From assembly GCA_907165135.1 (NCBI GenBank), contig OU015569.1:7316001-7380000 (forward strand): 64,000 nucleotides of DNA, in the 5' to 3' direction. The position numbers and the translations under genes are program-made. Position 1 is the first letter of the stretch; every line of letters starts with the position of its first letter. The DNA comes from Oikopleura dioica (Eukaryota > Animalia > Chordata). Below, in pieces: positions 63,210-64,000 of the stretch. The notes under the pieces were generated by a model. That model saw only the letters and a list, made by a program, of their open reading frames with translations, did no database searches and was not told the DNA's origin.

Positions 63210-64000
63210 ACATACGCGAATTGACCCCTCGAAAATTGTACATTTATTACATACTGCCAAATATACTTCAATATTTAGTTTTAAACAGCGTCGCTTGATA
63301 TGAAGAGTTGAGAAAATTTCAAATTAAAAGTTACAATTTCAAGCCCATATTTCCTGAATCTAACAGATCGTTGAGGAGTTCTATTGCCAGGCGTTCTACT
63401 GCCAACATTGATTCTACCAAATGAGATGAGTTCCGATCTCCTCCGTTTCTGAATTTCGCGAGATTTTCGATAATTTGCCGAAAAATTCAGAAAGAACTTC
63501 ATTAGTTTTCAAGATCGCTCTATAAATAATTGAACAGTATCAGTTCTTGAAAACCAAAATATATCATATACATCGTCATAAAAAGCAACACTAGCGCTGG
63601 AGAATAAAGCACTTTAAAATCATTAAAATAAAATAATGCAACTCAAGCGCACCAAAAGTATAAAGGCATCCCTGAAAGAAATCAGCAGGATCTTCAAACT
63701 CCGCCACGTCCTAAATAAGAGTAAGGCTAGATTTTCGACTAGTAAGCAAATATCTTTTTTACTGAAGATTCTGTCGTTTGTAAATTCGAAGCTTCCTCTA
63801 GTTCAAAATTCATAACAAAGAGTGTTTTTAAAATTGTGCTTCTCTTGAGAATATTTTGATCTAAATCTGTCTTCCTCGACTTTCGGGTATTCAAGGCTCG
63901 CTGCTACGCTTCTGCTGTCAATTACTGTTAAATCAAGCAGTAGGGCAATATTTAGAAGAGGATTACTCAGACTCGATATTCAACAGTACATACAAGATAA

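Overview
This is eukaryotic, ultra-compact, intron-rich genomic DNA. Introns are mostly 35-70 nt, several have GA/GC/GG donors, and genes are tightly spaced. This pattern fits the larvacean tunicate Oikopleura dioica or a close relative (inferred, not verified). Genes I can reconstruct by hand across introns are MED7, a LAMTOR4-like roadblock protein, LARP6, ICA69/ICA1, NSRP1, VPS4, USP12/46, a coiled-coil C3HC4 RING protein, an atypical HSF-domain protein, an RS-rich protein with a PLAC8 domain, a secreted alpha-carbonic anhydrase, chimaerin (SH2-C1-RhoGAP) and a protein made only of plakin repeats, plus several orphan genes. Mobile DNA is abundant. It includes a complete Penelope-like retroelement (RT + GIY-YIG, pLTRs, hammerhead-like motifs, flip/flop hairpin ends), a full-length intron-containing Kolobok-type DDE transposon (TTAA TSD), and non-autonomous Kolobok, hAT, Tc1/mariner and foldback MITEs, several of them nested. 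I recognised no rRNA, tRNA or CRISPR array. All assignments come from manual translation and motif recall, and no database search was run. Gene ends flagged approximate are uncertain.
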